A stretch of 63,326 nucleotides of DNA, the filler included, from Collodictyon triciliatum (lineage: Eukaryota), in NCBI GenBank assembly GCA_043381765.1. It is 4 parts of 4 records of this genome, joined end to end, with 100 filler letters (N's around TTAATTAATTAA, not from the genome) between each part and the next. Parts side by side here need not be neighbours in the genome. Positions count along the whole stretch, not along the records: positions 39,171 to 58,628 come from JBHJMP010001299.1; 3 more parts are not named here. The stretch is one strand, 5' to 3'. This document shows, in pieces, positions 39,227 through 51,651 of this stretch; within the stretch, counting starts at the first letter, position 1; every line of letters begins with the position of its first letter. The position numbers were made by a program, and so were the translations under genes. The notes beneath the pieces are model-generated. The model ran no database searches and was not told where the DNA came from. It saw only the letters and a list, made by a program, of their open reading frames with translations.

Positions 39227-40440
39227 TTGAAATTAATATTTAATTACATATGTATGTCGGGATTTCTTGCTGTAGAGGGTATCGAATCGCATGATCCTCG
39301 GCGAGCGATGGTTGTCTGTTCCTTGGCTAGGAAGTGGATGGAGATATGAGACACCGAGAAGACACTCAACTCTCATCACATCGGAGAGACATGCAGCCAA
39401 CGCACAAGAGGAGGGTTACCATGGAGTGAGATGCTTGCTCAAGATACTAAGCAAACTCGAGTATTCGCTGTCCAGCCAAGTGCCATCTTTACCTCCACAT
39501 GCCCAGCTGATGGCTAGAAGCCAGGGCGGGATATACAGACTGTGAGGACTTGAACATGTGGCGGTAGGCAACTGTAGATGGAAAGGCATCGGTTATTCCA
39601 ACTTCTCGATGAAAGCCTGCCTTTGTATTGGGTTTCCATTCCTCAAAAAAGCCATTGGTTAACGGGCGTTATACAAGATGGCATATTGGAATGGTATGAG
39701 GAATGTTAGTGCGCCCCAGGTCGAGGATGACGAAGAGGGAAGAAAGCATCGCACATGAGAAAAAGAAAATGCAACAGAACTCTGCCACACACTCTCACAA
39801 AAACCACCAGCAGATGGTATCCCAAGAGAAAGAACCAAGCAAATGAACTAATTGTCTACCTTGTCGTTTTCATAAGTGGTCAGCACTCCCAACAACCGCA
39901 ACCAGACGGCTGCGCTCCACCCACTTTTTCCTTCTCTTGCATCACATCTCTGCTCTTGCACCCTCGGTGACCCTGGCGCTCCACATTTATCGAAAATACC
40001 GTATAAAATAATCGATATCTTGTGACACAAGCTGCCACGAAAATGTCGACGCATGACGCAATCTCAACCCACAACTCACATGAGGCGCCCACAATCAGAA
40101 GCCCTTTCTCCCTTTATAAAGATCAACAATCGGATCGGCATCATAAAAATATATTCACACCAGAAACCAATGCCAAGGAATGACAGCGTGAAATCATAAT
40201 GGAAAGGAAAGAAGAGGACGAAAGACATTTATAGCTTCTTGATATAAACCCGCTTCAGATCGGCTTCATCAGACCCGAAATATCAATCCCGTCGAACCTT
40301 CTATCGCCACAACCCCTCTCCCTCTCTGCCCCACCCTTTATTGGTGTCCTTGATCAATCAAACAACTTGCTGCCATGCTCCTCACAAAAAAAAAAAAAAA
40401 ACAGCAAAAGCCCGTTTATTCATCGTCACTTGTCCAAGCC

Positions 40441-43400
40441 ATGTTCGGCCGATCTGCGCGTCTCAGAGAACTGAAGCGACTAACCAATGTCCAAGATGTT
40501 GCGGAGCTCGAAACATGCACAGAACTTACGCAGCTCCGCTCAAAGAATCTCACTAGTGTGCCGCTGGGTGTGTTTGAGCTGAGTCAGTTGATTCTGCTGT
40601 CTCTTTATCACAACCGCATCGCAACGCTGCCGCCAGAAATATCCCTGCTGACCAATCTGGTTGAGTTGTCTCTGCGCTCTAACCGCCTCTCGTCGCTGCC
40701 GCCCGAGATATCATGCTTGATCAGTCTCTCATATCTGGACGTGTCTGCCAACCAGGTAATTCAGTCCGATCACGAAGAAGGAACAGACACAGAGTGGCTA
40801 ACTAATTCGCGAATGCATCGTGTAGATGGATGACCTTCCGCTGCAAATCACTGCACTCACAAGGCTGAATGATATATACGTTGAATGGGACGGTGTTATC
40901 AATTTGAGGAGAGCGCCCCGTGGAATCACGAATCTCCCTTGCTGGAACAATGTCTACAGCAAGCATCGCTCAGGTTTATCCATCGCGGATGCTCTGAGAA
41001 TGTTGGTGCTTTATGATGCGGTGAGTTTTGAATGAGTATTTTTTTTATTCTTCCTTTCAATTTTGTGCAGGGTGCTTTATGATGTGGTGAGTTTTGAATG
41101 AGTATTATTCATTTATTTATTTATCTATTCATCTGCAAACAGTTCGATGAGCCTGCTGAAGATGTGCGCAAAGTGAGAGAGTCTAGATTCTATTACTTCA
41201 ACTGCTTCAAATTCAGTAGATATCACCAAGCAGAGATAGAGGAAACTCGTAGATTGATTCAAGGCTGTAGATCAGACGACAGTAGCATGTTAGAAGAGGC
41301 CCAAAAGGCAGAAGAAGCTCGCAGATTAGAGGAGGAATGGAGAATGGAAGAAGCTCGCAAAATGGAACAGAATATCAGGTTTGAAGAAGTTCGTAGGGTG
41401 GATGCAAATCGCATGTTAGGAGGTAATTGTTATGCCGAAGAAGTTCCAAAGGCCCAAGAAATTTGGAATGTGAAAGGAGCTCCCAGCACTGCTGAAATAA
41501 AGGAAAATTATCTCCATGAAAAAGAGGTAAATGCAATGAAATTCATTCGACATATATCATATTCCATTAAATCTATAATAAATTAATTAAAAGTAATATC
41601 AGATGCATTTTGTCCAAGCCCAGAAGACCTTCCATCCAGGTTTATTTAATTTCTGGTACATTTATTTGAATCGAATAAAGGGGAAAAAAACTCATTTATG
41701 ATTCGTAGATCAAAATAAGAATGTGTATCGCCCCTTTGCCGAAAACGAGATATTCCGACTGCAATCTACTGAAGCAACCGGGTATGATTATGCTTACAAC
41801 TTCTGAAACACCTTTATGACCTTCCGAGCATGGTGCTAGTTGATATTATTATTATAATTATAATTATTTAACGAAAATTACAGAGATTCCTTCAAGGTGG
41901 GCGATGCAGATGGCGAGTTTCTCATCAAACAAAGTCACGTCAGGGTACTCGAGAAAGGTTGCTGTGGGAATATATCCCCGATAGGTTTGCTTTACTATCT
42001 GTTCTCTTTTTCCTATTTTTTCCTATTTTTTCCTATTTTTGTTGGTATTTTTAAGCGTGTGTAGCTGTACGAAAAGACCCTCATTATTCACCAGATAATA
42101 TTCTCTAATAAGATCAACAAAAGAGACGCTCTAAACTTGACAAAGCACCAGAAACAGAGCAACTCAGCACTTCATCCAGCATGTTGCATAAAACGGTTTC
42201 TTTCAAATTAAAAAAAATATCAGAATCGTCGCCTTTTATTCTTATTTTGAATGAAACGCAGAAAACTAAAACTTTGGTTTCAAAATGTTTAGAGCCATTG
42301 TGATATTAAGGTCTCCGAAGCAGAAATAAGTTCATGTCTCAAAGGGGCATTATGTACTGTTTGCTTCGATGAATACAAGAGCCCATGTTTCCTGCCTTGT
42401 GAACATATTTTCTGCTCTGTTTGCATCAAAACATCAGTAATNNNNNNNNNNNNNNNNNNNNNNNNNNNNNNNNNNNNNNNNNNNNNNNNNNNNNNNNNNN
42501 NNNNNNNNNNNNNNNNNNNNNNNNNNNNNNNNNNNNNNNNNNNNNNNNNNNNNNNNNNNNNNNNNNNNNNNNNNNNNNNNNNNNNNNNNNNNNNNNNNNN
42601 NNNNNNNNNNNNNNNNNNNNNNNNNNNNNNNNNNNNNNNNNNNNNNNNNNNNNNNNNNNNNNNNNNNNNNNNNNNNNNNNNNNNNNNNNNNNNNNNNNNN
42701 NNNNNNNNNNNNNNNNNNNNNNNNNNNNNNNNNNNNNNNNNNNNNNNNNNNNNNNNNNNNNNNNNNNNNNNNNNNNNNNNNNNNNNNNNNNNNNNNNNNN
42801 NNNNNNNNNNNNNNNNNNNNNNNNNNNNNNNNNNNNNNNNNNNNNNNNNNNNNNNNNNNNNNTTATTTAATTCAAAGTGCTAGAGGGTAAGACCATACAA
42901 GCGTACCATCATTATGACTTCAACTTCCATGTACAACGACGAGCTTGACTCATTACTTTAATTATAACATTTGTAGTAATTTGCACTTATTTACATAGGA
43001 AGCTAATATTGGGAGCTATTCCAACCAAAAAAAGGGTAGAATATTGTGCTGTCCATAAAAGTGCAATCAAGTTCTTTTGTCCCTCCTGTGCAGAGTCACC
43101 TTTGAAATGTGCCGAATGTGTTTTAGAAGATTTAGAGCACCAAAACCTCAGAATCCCACTGAACCATGAAGGATTTGATTCTAACTCTGTCATCACTGCC
43201 AAAATACAAGAACTTTCCGAGGCTTCGAGGAAAATCACCCCAAACATGGATGTGATTGAGCAAAAGATTGCTGATGTAAGATCTCTTTTCAGTTATTCTT
43301 TGATCATCACGGTTCACACCTTAACATCTATTGTAATTGCTAATTTGTTCTTTTGGGGTGAAACAGGTTACAATTCAATACCAAGAGAAATCAACAGAAC

Positions 43401-44774
43401 TTGACAAATATATCAAAGAGTTGGAGAATCAGGTCGCTCGGTTCAAGAAAGGGGCTCATAAAGAGGTAGCTTAGTTATCACAATATTAAGTCCACAATAT
43501 AGTTATGATTTTTTTTTAAAATAAAAATAATATGTATATTAATTCGTTTATCATGCGTATAATTAAATTAGCTAGAGTCCCTAAACCAATGCGCACTGTT
43601 TCCATTGCGAGAATCCCAAGAAAAACTTTTTTCTGAAATGCGCCGGATTGAAATAGCCAAACAAGCCCTTTCCAAAATTTTGGAGACCCCTGAAAGCGAC
43701 CGCTCTTTCATTCAGTTAGGAAACGCTCTGCGCTATTCCAATCAAATCCTCCTTTCAAAATACGACTCTAGAATTCAGGTTTCTCCTGTCAATTTAGTAT
43801 CGACATTGCCAGTATCCATGATCGACGAATTGAAGAAGTTGAACGATATATTCACTTTTGGCTTAACGTCTGTCGGTGCCGAACCCAACCAAAAGACCCC
43901 AGCATACTACGACACAGTTATATCTTCTGGCGCCGACACTAAGCCAAAATTAGGCCTTGAGTCCTTTCGCACAAACACAACTATGCAGAGTCCATGGGCT
44001 GTTTGTGTCCACCCTAGGAACGAGAATATATATGTTACAGATGAAGACTCGCAGGTCGTGCACATCTTAACAAAAGACCTGAACCGCATATCAACACATC
44101 ATACTAGTTTGATAATCCCCAACCCACTCCATGGGCCGAGAGGAATCGCCATTTCGAAAGGGGGGCTGATTGCTATTGCCGACTGTGAAGGGCACTCTGT
44201 GAAGCTCTTCACCGACGAACTCGCTCTCGTCAAAACCATCGGCGGGATTAAAGGGATGAACGAGGGTCAATTCAATCGCCCGTACTCCATTTCTTTTGAC
44301 TGTGACGATAACTTCTACGTTGCCGACTCCGGAAATCAAAGAATCCAAAAGTTCAATAAGAAAGGCGACTTCATTTCTGTCATCGGATATCCAAGTGGTG
44401 GCGGTGGATATATCAAATCATTAGTCAACAGTGTGTGTATCAACGAAGAAGAGAGACTTCTGGTTCTTTGTGCCGGCTCTGACGTTGTTTGCATCTTTTC
44501 AAAGGACGGCTCTTTCGAGAGCACCGTTCGGCTCCAAGTTCCGACAAGTATTGAAGGCTGGTCGCATATCTTCCCCGCCTCTCGTGGTCTCTTTGGTGTT
44601 TGTGAAAACAAGACAGGGCTCATCACACTCTATGATTATCAAGGCGCCACCCAACGGCAAATCACCTTAGACGGTTGCATGGGCGCGTGTTTAGCGCCGG
44701 ATGGTACGCTATATGCCTCTAGCCTTTCGTTGAGGTTGGTTTCTGCAACTCAACTTCTAGCCTCTTCTCATTAG
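40441..44774 (+). CDS. LRR - coiled coil - SH3-like - RING - B-box - coiled coil - NHL protein (TRIM-NHL-like E3 ligase), spans an N gap
   Basis: LRRs at 40540-40755 (LSLYHNRIATLPPEI, LSLRSNRLSSLPPEI). RING CTVC..PCEHIFCSVC at 42352-42425, B-box CAVH..FCPSC..CAEC..H at 43045-43140, NHL repeats in 43605..44774. Splice phases are consistent from LRR to RING. Confidence 0.72.
41005..41106 (-). mobile_element. Micro retro-insertion family B with a 36-bp duplication containing a splice donor
   Basis: GGTGCTTTATGATG(C/T)GGTGAGTTTTGAATGAGTATT on both sides of the 30-nt insert 41041-41070. Confidence 0.72.
41659..41699 (+). mobile_element. Micro retro-insertion family A, weak 7-bp TSD
   Basis: TTGAATCGAATAAAGGGG-A7 flanked by CATTTAT. 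Confidence 0.55.
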
Positions 44775-45304
44775 TCTTGATGCATGCGAAAGCCTTGGTT
44801 GGTGACTTTTATAGCTAATATATAAAAGAAATGACACACGAGGCGGACTTTATTCGAAATGAGGAAGCAAATATAATATCAGATGCACCAGAATCTTCAC
44901 ATGCGAGAACATGGAACGAGAGAAATATGAATGGACTGTTTTGTTTATGTTTATATTTGCCATGCAGTTGAGAGGAGTACAGTGTGTGGTTTCTTATCAA
45001 AAATGTCTTGGTGGGTGGGTGGATGCACAGAAACAACGACACAGAATTGAATTGTGGCGTGATAGAAGGATAAATGACGAAAGCGCTTTAATTATTACTT
45101 TGGATATACTTGAGCCGCGCAGCGCGTAATATGATGCGTCCCCAGAGGGAATGAAAAGTACAATATCTGAGCGAAGCAAACATGGAGCTCTGGCTACTCT
45201 GCGGTCGCCTTCATGTTCGCTGCCGTGAGTCGGTTCAAAACTGGGTGCCCCGCCCCGTTATCGATACCGTCTATTAGAGTCAAGTGAAGCTGTCATACTT
45301 TCCC

Positions 45305-48300
45305 CTAGGCGTGCCCGGTGCGGAACCGACCTAGTTTTAATATGAAAAAAAAATAATGAAATCGTTTAGTGGTTGTTCGCGTGTATGCAATATGCCGTGT
45401 GTACACAGAGCAGATGCAGTTGGAAACATCTATGAATGCCAACGTGCTCCTCGAGTTGCTCGGTGCCTGGGATGGCAATTGGGGCTTTGGTCTGGCAATC
45501 ACAGGGCTATGAGAGCTATAAGTTTTACATGAGCAATAAGGAATGGGAGGGCATACAGATACTTGTCTTGAATGTTGCATGTATGTCTGGGAAGAATTGA
45601 CCACCACAAAATACAAATACAAATAAAATAGAAATAATAGGTATAGTAATAGAAAAATATTCAACTTTTGTATATATGATTTGGGTGGATTTTTTTTCAG
45701 AGAATCATAAGCAGTAATCAGGGTAAGGAATGAGAAAAAGTCGATCAACCTTGTTGGAGTTGGTAGATATGTCTTGGTTGGCGTGATTTGGGGCATTCGG
45801 CTGCAAGGTTAAAAAAAAAAAAAAAAGGAGGTCATTTTAAGTCAAAGGAATAGAAGATAACAGAGGGGAAAAAATACTTATTGAGTCAAAGTCGGGACAA
45901 GCACATTCATTATACCTTCTGGTCACTGGGAAATCTCCATTACTTCGATTTCGAAGCGTTTCTCCCAATGCACTGTCCGGGGTGGTACTAAAAGAACAGA
46001 ATTAAGTGAAAATGAATCACTTCAAGAAGCAAAAGTTAATATGATTGGAAAACTAGTTAAATGATGAAATATAAAGTCCAGCAATTACGATAAGTTGGAT
46101 TGTCTGGCGACAGATGGAGAATCTATGTCAAACTTTTTAGCATCTGGATGACCTCATTGGCAGTGAATACATGAGAATGCACACAGGACCATGACAATGT
46201 TTTATGATATTATTATTTTAACCCTCCGCCATCTTGCAGAAACTCAAAGGAAGAATGAAAGGAACAGTATTATTTATTTTGTAAATATGAAGGATCTCAT
46301 ATTGAGACACATACCTCGGCGACCTGCTGGGAAGTCACCGAGAGATGAAGAAAGTGACCTTCGTGAAACAGAGGGTGGGAGAATGGGAATTTCTCCTTGG
46401 AGTGGCTGATGATTGACGCATTATTTTAAAAATATATATGTTTGTATATTTATTACGAAAAAAATGGGGTAAAAAAAAAGGAAGGACAGTTCTAGGTTTC
46501 TGATTGGCATTTAGCCTGCTATCAAAATAATTTAGAAATTGGAAAGTATAAATTTTTACGGGTGTCCTATTTGATATCCTAAAAAGCTGCTGGTCAATAA
46601 GCGGAGCTTGGGACGGAGTCTACGGTATAATAAAGAAGCATTTTATGATTATTATTTTTTGTCGTTGTTGTTGTTGTTGGTTTTGGCTATGATTTCAGCC
46701 TTTCTTTTCAGCATAAGAAATCTTAAGTATTCAAGTTTTGACACGAAGTTATGTCGATACTTCATGACTGTGTGTATACAATTAAATACAAAATGATTCT
46801 GTACCACCGAGTTCGCTGATTGGACCAGTCCAAAGAGAAGTGAATATATAGATAAGATAAGGCTTAATTTTTTTTCCTTTATTCGATTCAAAGTGTAGCG
46901 AGGTTATATAAGATAAGGCTTAATAAATTTTGTGACAGCTGTTTGCTCTTGTTTTGATAAAAGTGATGATAATTATTCAATTACATCGGACATCAAGCGA
47001 TGCGAGCATATCAACCAATCTGTTTGAAGTAGCAAGTTCTTCCCCTGTTTTAAAAAAGTGTCAAAAACCAAGTATTCACTTCATGAAACTCATCTCTTTT
47101 TCATACTCAAAATTGAAAATTACTTGACTTTGCAATCTTTGAATGGAACCTAGTTTTTAATTGATGCTCGATAAGTACGAATTCCTCATTTAAGAAATCG
47201 ATGCAGCGTTTATCATATGGAATACGTTGATATTGATTGTCGTGATTGGTTTATAGTTTTTCTTTCCTTTATTCGATTCATAGTGTATGATTGGTTTATA
47301 GTTGGTATGTGCTCACGCTTGAAGATAATGCTGTTGAGGTCCGATAATACTGCCAGGTCTGCATAAACGGACCCATCCGATGGCCTCCTGGTAAGAAGAA
47401 TATTTTGATACTATTTACAATAATTTTTTGAAAGGGAATCTTTTGATTATCTATTTCATTTTAGACCAAAAAAAAAAAAAAAACGAACCGAAGCAGAGAA
47501 GCTGAAATGTTTGATTATAAATGCTGCAATCAGCGTTCCTGTCCTTCCGAGACCTGCCTTGCAGTGAACAGCTATTCCACCTAACAATTGGCAATAAATA
47601 CATATTAATCAGGAGTTGTATGATATATGTCTAATAAAAAGAATTCTTGATTTTCCGCATTTTTAATTCCATTTTGCTCGCTTCAAGGTAATATTCTTTC
47701 AAAATAACATTTTTTTTTCATCTTTAATTAATTTTTTTGGAAGGTTCAATTGTAGAGTTTCGACCGAATATGGAGTGCCATCCATTCATAACGAAATAAA
47801 GTAAACCCTGTTCTTTTTCTGCAATATCAAGGAATCGATTCAGTATCCCATCGCTTGGGGTGCTCCCATCCGGGAAGTATAAATCGTAGTGCTGAATGCC
47901 TGATTTGAGTATATAATGAAAGTTAAAAAAAAAAAAGAAGGAAAAGCTCATATTATAATTACTAACATAAATATGCAAATGCCATCAAAGTACGAGGCAT
48001 CATCCTCAGAGAGAATAAATTATGGCAGAATAAGAGAAACTATTTATAACAGAGGCGGAAGAAAAAAAACCTGATTCGATAAAGCGCTTCCTGTCGTAGC
48101 ATTTACTGTTTAATCTGATGACCGCAGAAATACCAAACTTTCTAAAAATGGGAATATAAAATTCTATTCGATTGAATTAGTGTGAGTATCGGTGATTAGA
48201 TAGGGATATATTTTTTTATTATTCTTCCTTTCAATTTTGTGCAGGATGGTGGGGATGTTTAGATAGGGATATATTAAATTCCTTCAACATTTATAAATAG

Positions 48301-50094
48301 TACGGGACTCATTAGCTTTAAGCCTTACAAATCGCATAAACTTGTGTAAAGTCACATCGTAGTTGAAGGTGCGATTTATTTAAAAATAAATGCGCGTATA
48401 TGAATGTACTAAGAAATACATGAAGATAAATATGAACAGAAACCTGGGGGATGTGTGCGAAAACCAGACTTTGGAGGAAGTGCTTGCGGACCACTGAAAG
48501 CCATGAACTTGCCTGGTATTACCCAATTCATATCCCCATTTTCGATCCGCTCAAAGTACTCGTACCTTTTAAAAAAAAGTTTTATCGAGGCCATGTATTT
48601 GTATAATACAGGATTACATAAATATACATATACAGCTTTATAACAACTAATTAATGAATGGTAATATAATCAAAATTTTATATATGAGAGTACGAAAAAA
48701 GGATAAAAACGGAAACACACTCTTGAAGACGAAAAGTATGCAGATTTATCCACTCGAGCTTTCTTGCTTTGGAGAGAGCATATAAACAATCAAGTATGGT
48801 CAGATTGAATGTGCATGGATTGACTGAAGCATCACGGTATGGTAAGAATGTTTGATGGGCACGATGAAACGGGGCTGTTGCGTCCTCTGGACTACAATTC
48901 ATCACTAGCACCTAAAATCCCAATCATCATCAAGGCTTATTTATTCACGTATTCATGTATTTTTTTTTAAAAAAAATATGAGGCTAGCCTCAGTGAGATA
49001 GTAAATTTGCGCATTTGAATAATGATGTAAAAGTTATGAATCAAAGCTGATTTGGAACAGAAAAAAATTCATGTACGAGGATGAAAGTTACCATGTATAT
49101 GCATATCAAGCACGCTGCGTTTGTCCTCTTGTGTGGGTCTGCGCTGGTGTAATAATATAATGCCCTTCCCCCAGCTTCTTGCTAATAGATGGATGAATCA
49201 ACCCCAGTTACGATTGAAGGAAATATATCAAGCACCCTTGAGATGATATCTTTCCCAGAGAAAAAATGAAGAGACTGGAGAAAGCTAATTCCCAGAAACA
49301 ATCATGTTTATGCTGATACAGACACACATATGCGTATCAATAGAGAATGATCACTTACTGTCAACTTTTGTTTCAAAATGGCACAAAAGCGATATGTCTG
49401 CGCCATATTTAGAGGCCCAAAGTCGTTATTGAAGCGCATGTAGTAGAGCTCGTGGTCCATTGTGAAAAACGAGCAGCGATCTGAAGAGCGAGGGACGTTG
49501 CGCAGGGTGGTGAAGTAAAGTTTCCCTTCGAAGGCCATTCATTTTAGCGCGGTGATGATTCAGGAATAATTGAAAAGAATGTTAGAAAGCTAGGGCTCAT
49601 CTTTCCATTTCTTTGAATCGAATAAAGGGGGAAAAGACTCTTCTTTCCATTTAATATCTTCTATTTTATTCATGTAACTAATTTACTTATTTATTTATTA
49701 CTTATTTATTTATTACTTATTTATTTATTACTTATTTATTTATTACTTATTTATTTATTACTTATTTATTTATTACTTATTTATTAATTACTTATTTATT
49801 TATTACTTATTTATTAATTACTTATTTATTTATTTATTATCTATTATTTATTATCTATTATTTATTATCTATTATTTATTATCTATTATTTATTATCTAT
49901 TATTTATTATCTATTATTTATTATCTATTATTTATTATTTATTATTTATTATTTATTATCTATTTATTTGGAGACACACGAGTACCCTCTCAGAAGGGAG
50001 CGTTGTTCTGTTAAAGCACGGGTGTAATATAGTGATGGGGCTGTTAAATTGTACCGGGGATCAGCTCCACACCGGTGCCCATGTCGCGGTCCAT
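45305..50094 (-). CDS. CDC14: Dual-specificity phosphatase CDC14, multi-exon
   Basis: [54 protein letters not shown], catalytic [15 protein letters not shown] (47530-47575) and [10 protein letters not shown]. The C-terminal tail exons and 3' end are tentative. Confidence 0.92.
46852..46924 (-). mobile_element. Micro retro-insertion family A, longest copy (39 nt), 17-bp TSD
   Basis: ATAAGATAAGGCTTAAT on both sides; minus-strand insert ATAACCTCGCTACACTTTGAATCGAATAAAGG-polyA. Confidence 0.8.
47243..47303 (-). mobile_element. Micro retro-insertion family A, 16-bp TSD
   Basis: TGATTGGTTTATAGTT on both sides; insert TACACTATGAATCGAATAAAGGAAAGAAA. Confidence 0.78.
48196..48275 (-). mobile_element. 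Micro retro-insertion family B, 46-nt insert, 17-bp TSD
   Basis: TTAGATAGGGATATATT on both sides of the insert 48213-48258. Confidence 0.78.
49596..49652 (+). mobile_element. Micro retro-insertion family A, 15-bp TSD (1 mismatch)
   Basis: CTC(A/T)TCTTTCCATTT on both sides of CTTTGAATCGAATAAAGGGGGAAAAGA. Confidence 0.72.
49680..49968. repeat. AT-rich compound tandem repeat (TTATTTATTTATTAC / TTATCTATTAT units) in the first CDC14 intron
   Basis: Direct inspection. Confidence 0.9.
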
Positions 50095-50901
50095 CAGAAG
50101 GCCTTCTATCCTTCGATGCGCCCTTTTGTACCTGTGAGAAGATGAAATGTCAGGGATGGTGTCTAAGCGGCAATGTCTCCGTCTTTTTCCTGGGCTTCTG
50201 CGCTGACTTCCCAGAGCAGCAATTAAACCCTGGTGCTTTTTCTTATTTTATTTTTATTTTTTTCCTTTTTTTTGGTCGAAGGCAAATTTGTGAGCAAAAC
50301 ACGCAGAAAATCTATTGCAATGTCAAACTCATCCTTCGTTAAGACCTCGTCATATGTGGATATTATATATATACAATTACATGTGTATGAATTGGCCGCT
50401 TTATTGCTTACATAGATATTTAATTTGTAACAAAAATTATAATTTTTCATAGATCATAGGAATGGCAGCCCAACCACGTCATATTATGTAATGAAACTGG
50501 TTACAAATGCGAAATCATCAACTCGGACAATATACCAGTGTTCCGAATCTGGAATATTAAAGCAAATATCTCAACTATGACAAGCTATATCGAGACAATT
50601 ACTATAGAAAGTATGATGAACTATTCAAAATCGTTTGACAAAATTTCTATAATAGAGTGACATCAATTTTGATTACAAAGTGAATCTGTTTCTTTGATTC
50701 CTCGACCAGGCTCGCCCACATCGCCACGAACATGACTTGTTTGAAGGCCAAAGCTCGTCGAAGACACAGACTTCATGGAGATCATGGAGGACTCAAAGAG
50801 CTGCCTGGCTATATCCAAGATCTGTATTCTTTCGCCTTCACAGACTGACTTTCTGTCGGTCTTTTTCTATTACTCTAAGTTGGAATCCGGATTTCCACGG
50901 C

Positions 50902-50955
50902 AATTGTCTCATGATTTTTTTTTCCTTTATTCGATTCAAATTGTCTCATGATTTT
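50902..50955 (-). mobile_element. Micro retro-insertion family A, 20-nt insert, 17-bp TSD
   Basis: AATTGTCTCATGATTTT on both sides of TTTTTCCTTTATTCGATTCA. Confidence 0.78.
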
Positions 50956-50973
50956 ATAATTACAATAACCACA

Positions 50974-50975
<2 letters not shown>

Positions 50976-51066
<91 letters not shown>
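50976..51066. repeat. (TAT)n microsatellite
   Basis: Direct inspection. Confidence 0.95.
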
Positions 51067-51068
<2 letters not shown>

Positions 51069-51209
51069 TTACAGTCTAAACCTTTATGTATCAGCCTTTT
51101 TTTTAAAAAAAAAGGAAACAGAAAGTACCTGTTGCTTACAAAACTAACCAAAAAAAAATAATGTTGATAGACAGACGACAAAGCTTAAGCGCAATAGTTT
51201 TCGTAGAAA

Positions 51210-51552
51210 ATGTCGGTCATCCAAAAGATCAAGGAAATTGAAGATGAGGTAAAAGATCACAACCCCTTTCCTCTCCCCGTCTCAACTTTCTCCCTCTCCT
51301 TTTCATACCTGACTCTCGCTATTCATCTATCCAGCCACTCGTTATTGATTTCATTTTATTTTCCCTTCTCGTTGACAAAATAGATGAACAGAACCCAGAA
51401 AAATAAGGCGACAAGCCACCATTTGGGTCTGCTGAAGGCAAAGCTGGCGAAACTGAAGCGCGAAATCATTGAGCCTCGCGGAAGCGGTGCTGGTGCAGCC
51501 TCAGCAAAGGGAGAAGGTGACTTGTTTATCAGCGTAACTCTTTCTTCTTTTC

Positions 51553-51651
<99 letters not shown>

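Noticed and set aside
17433-44774. Functional clustering of the two NHL genes, or of the PDE with the PKA-site-rich giant protein
   Set aside because: They lie on different contigs separated by artificial spacers.
45225-45250. GGTTCAAAAC B-box or tRNA-like motif
   Set aside because: No cloverleaf or A-box can be built.
49680-49968. CRISPR-like regularly spaced repeats
   Set aside because: Simple tandem repeats without unique spacers, in a eukaryotic intron.
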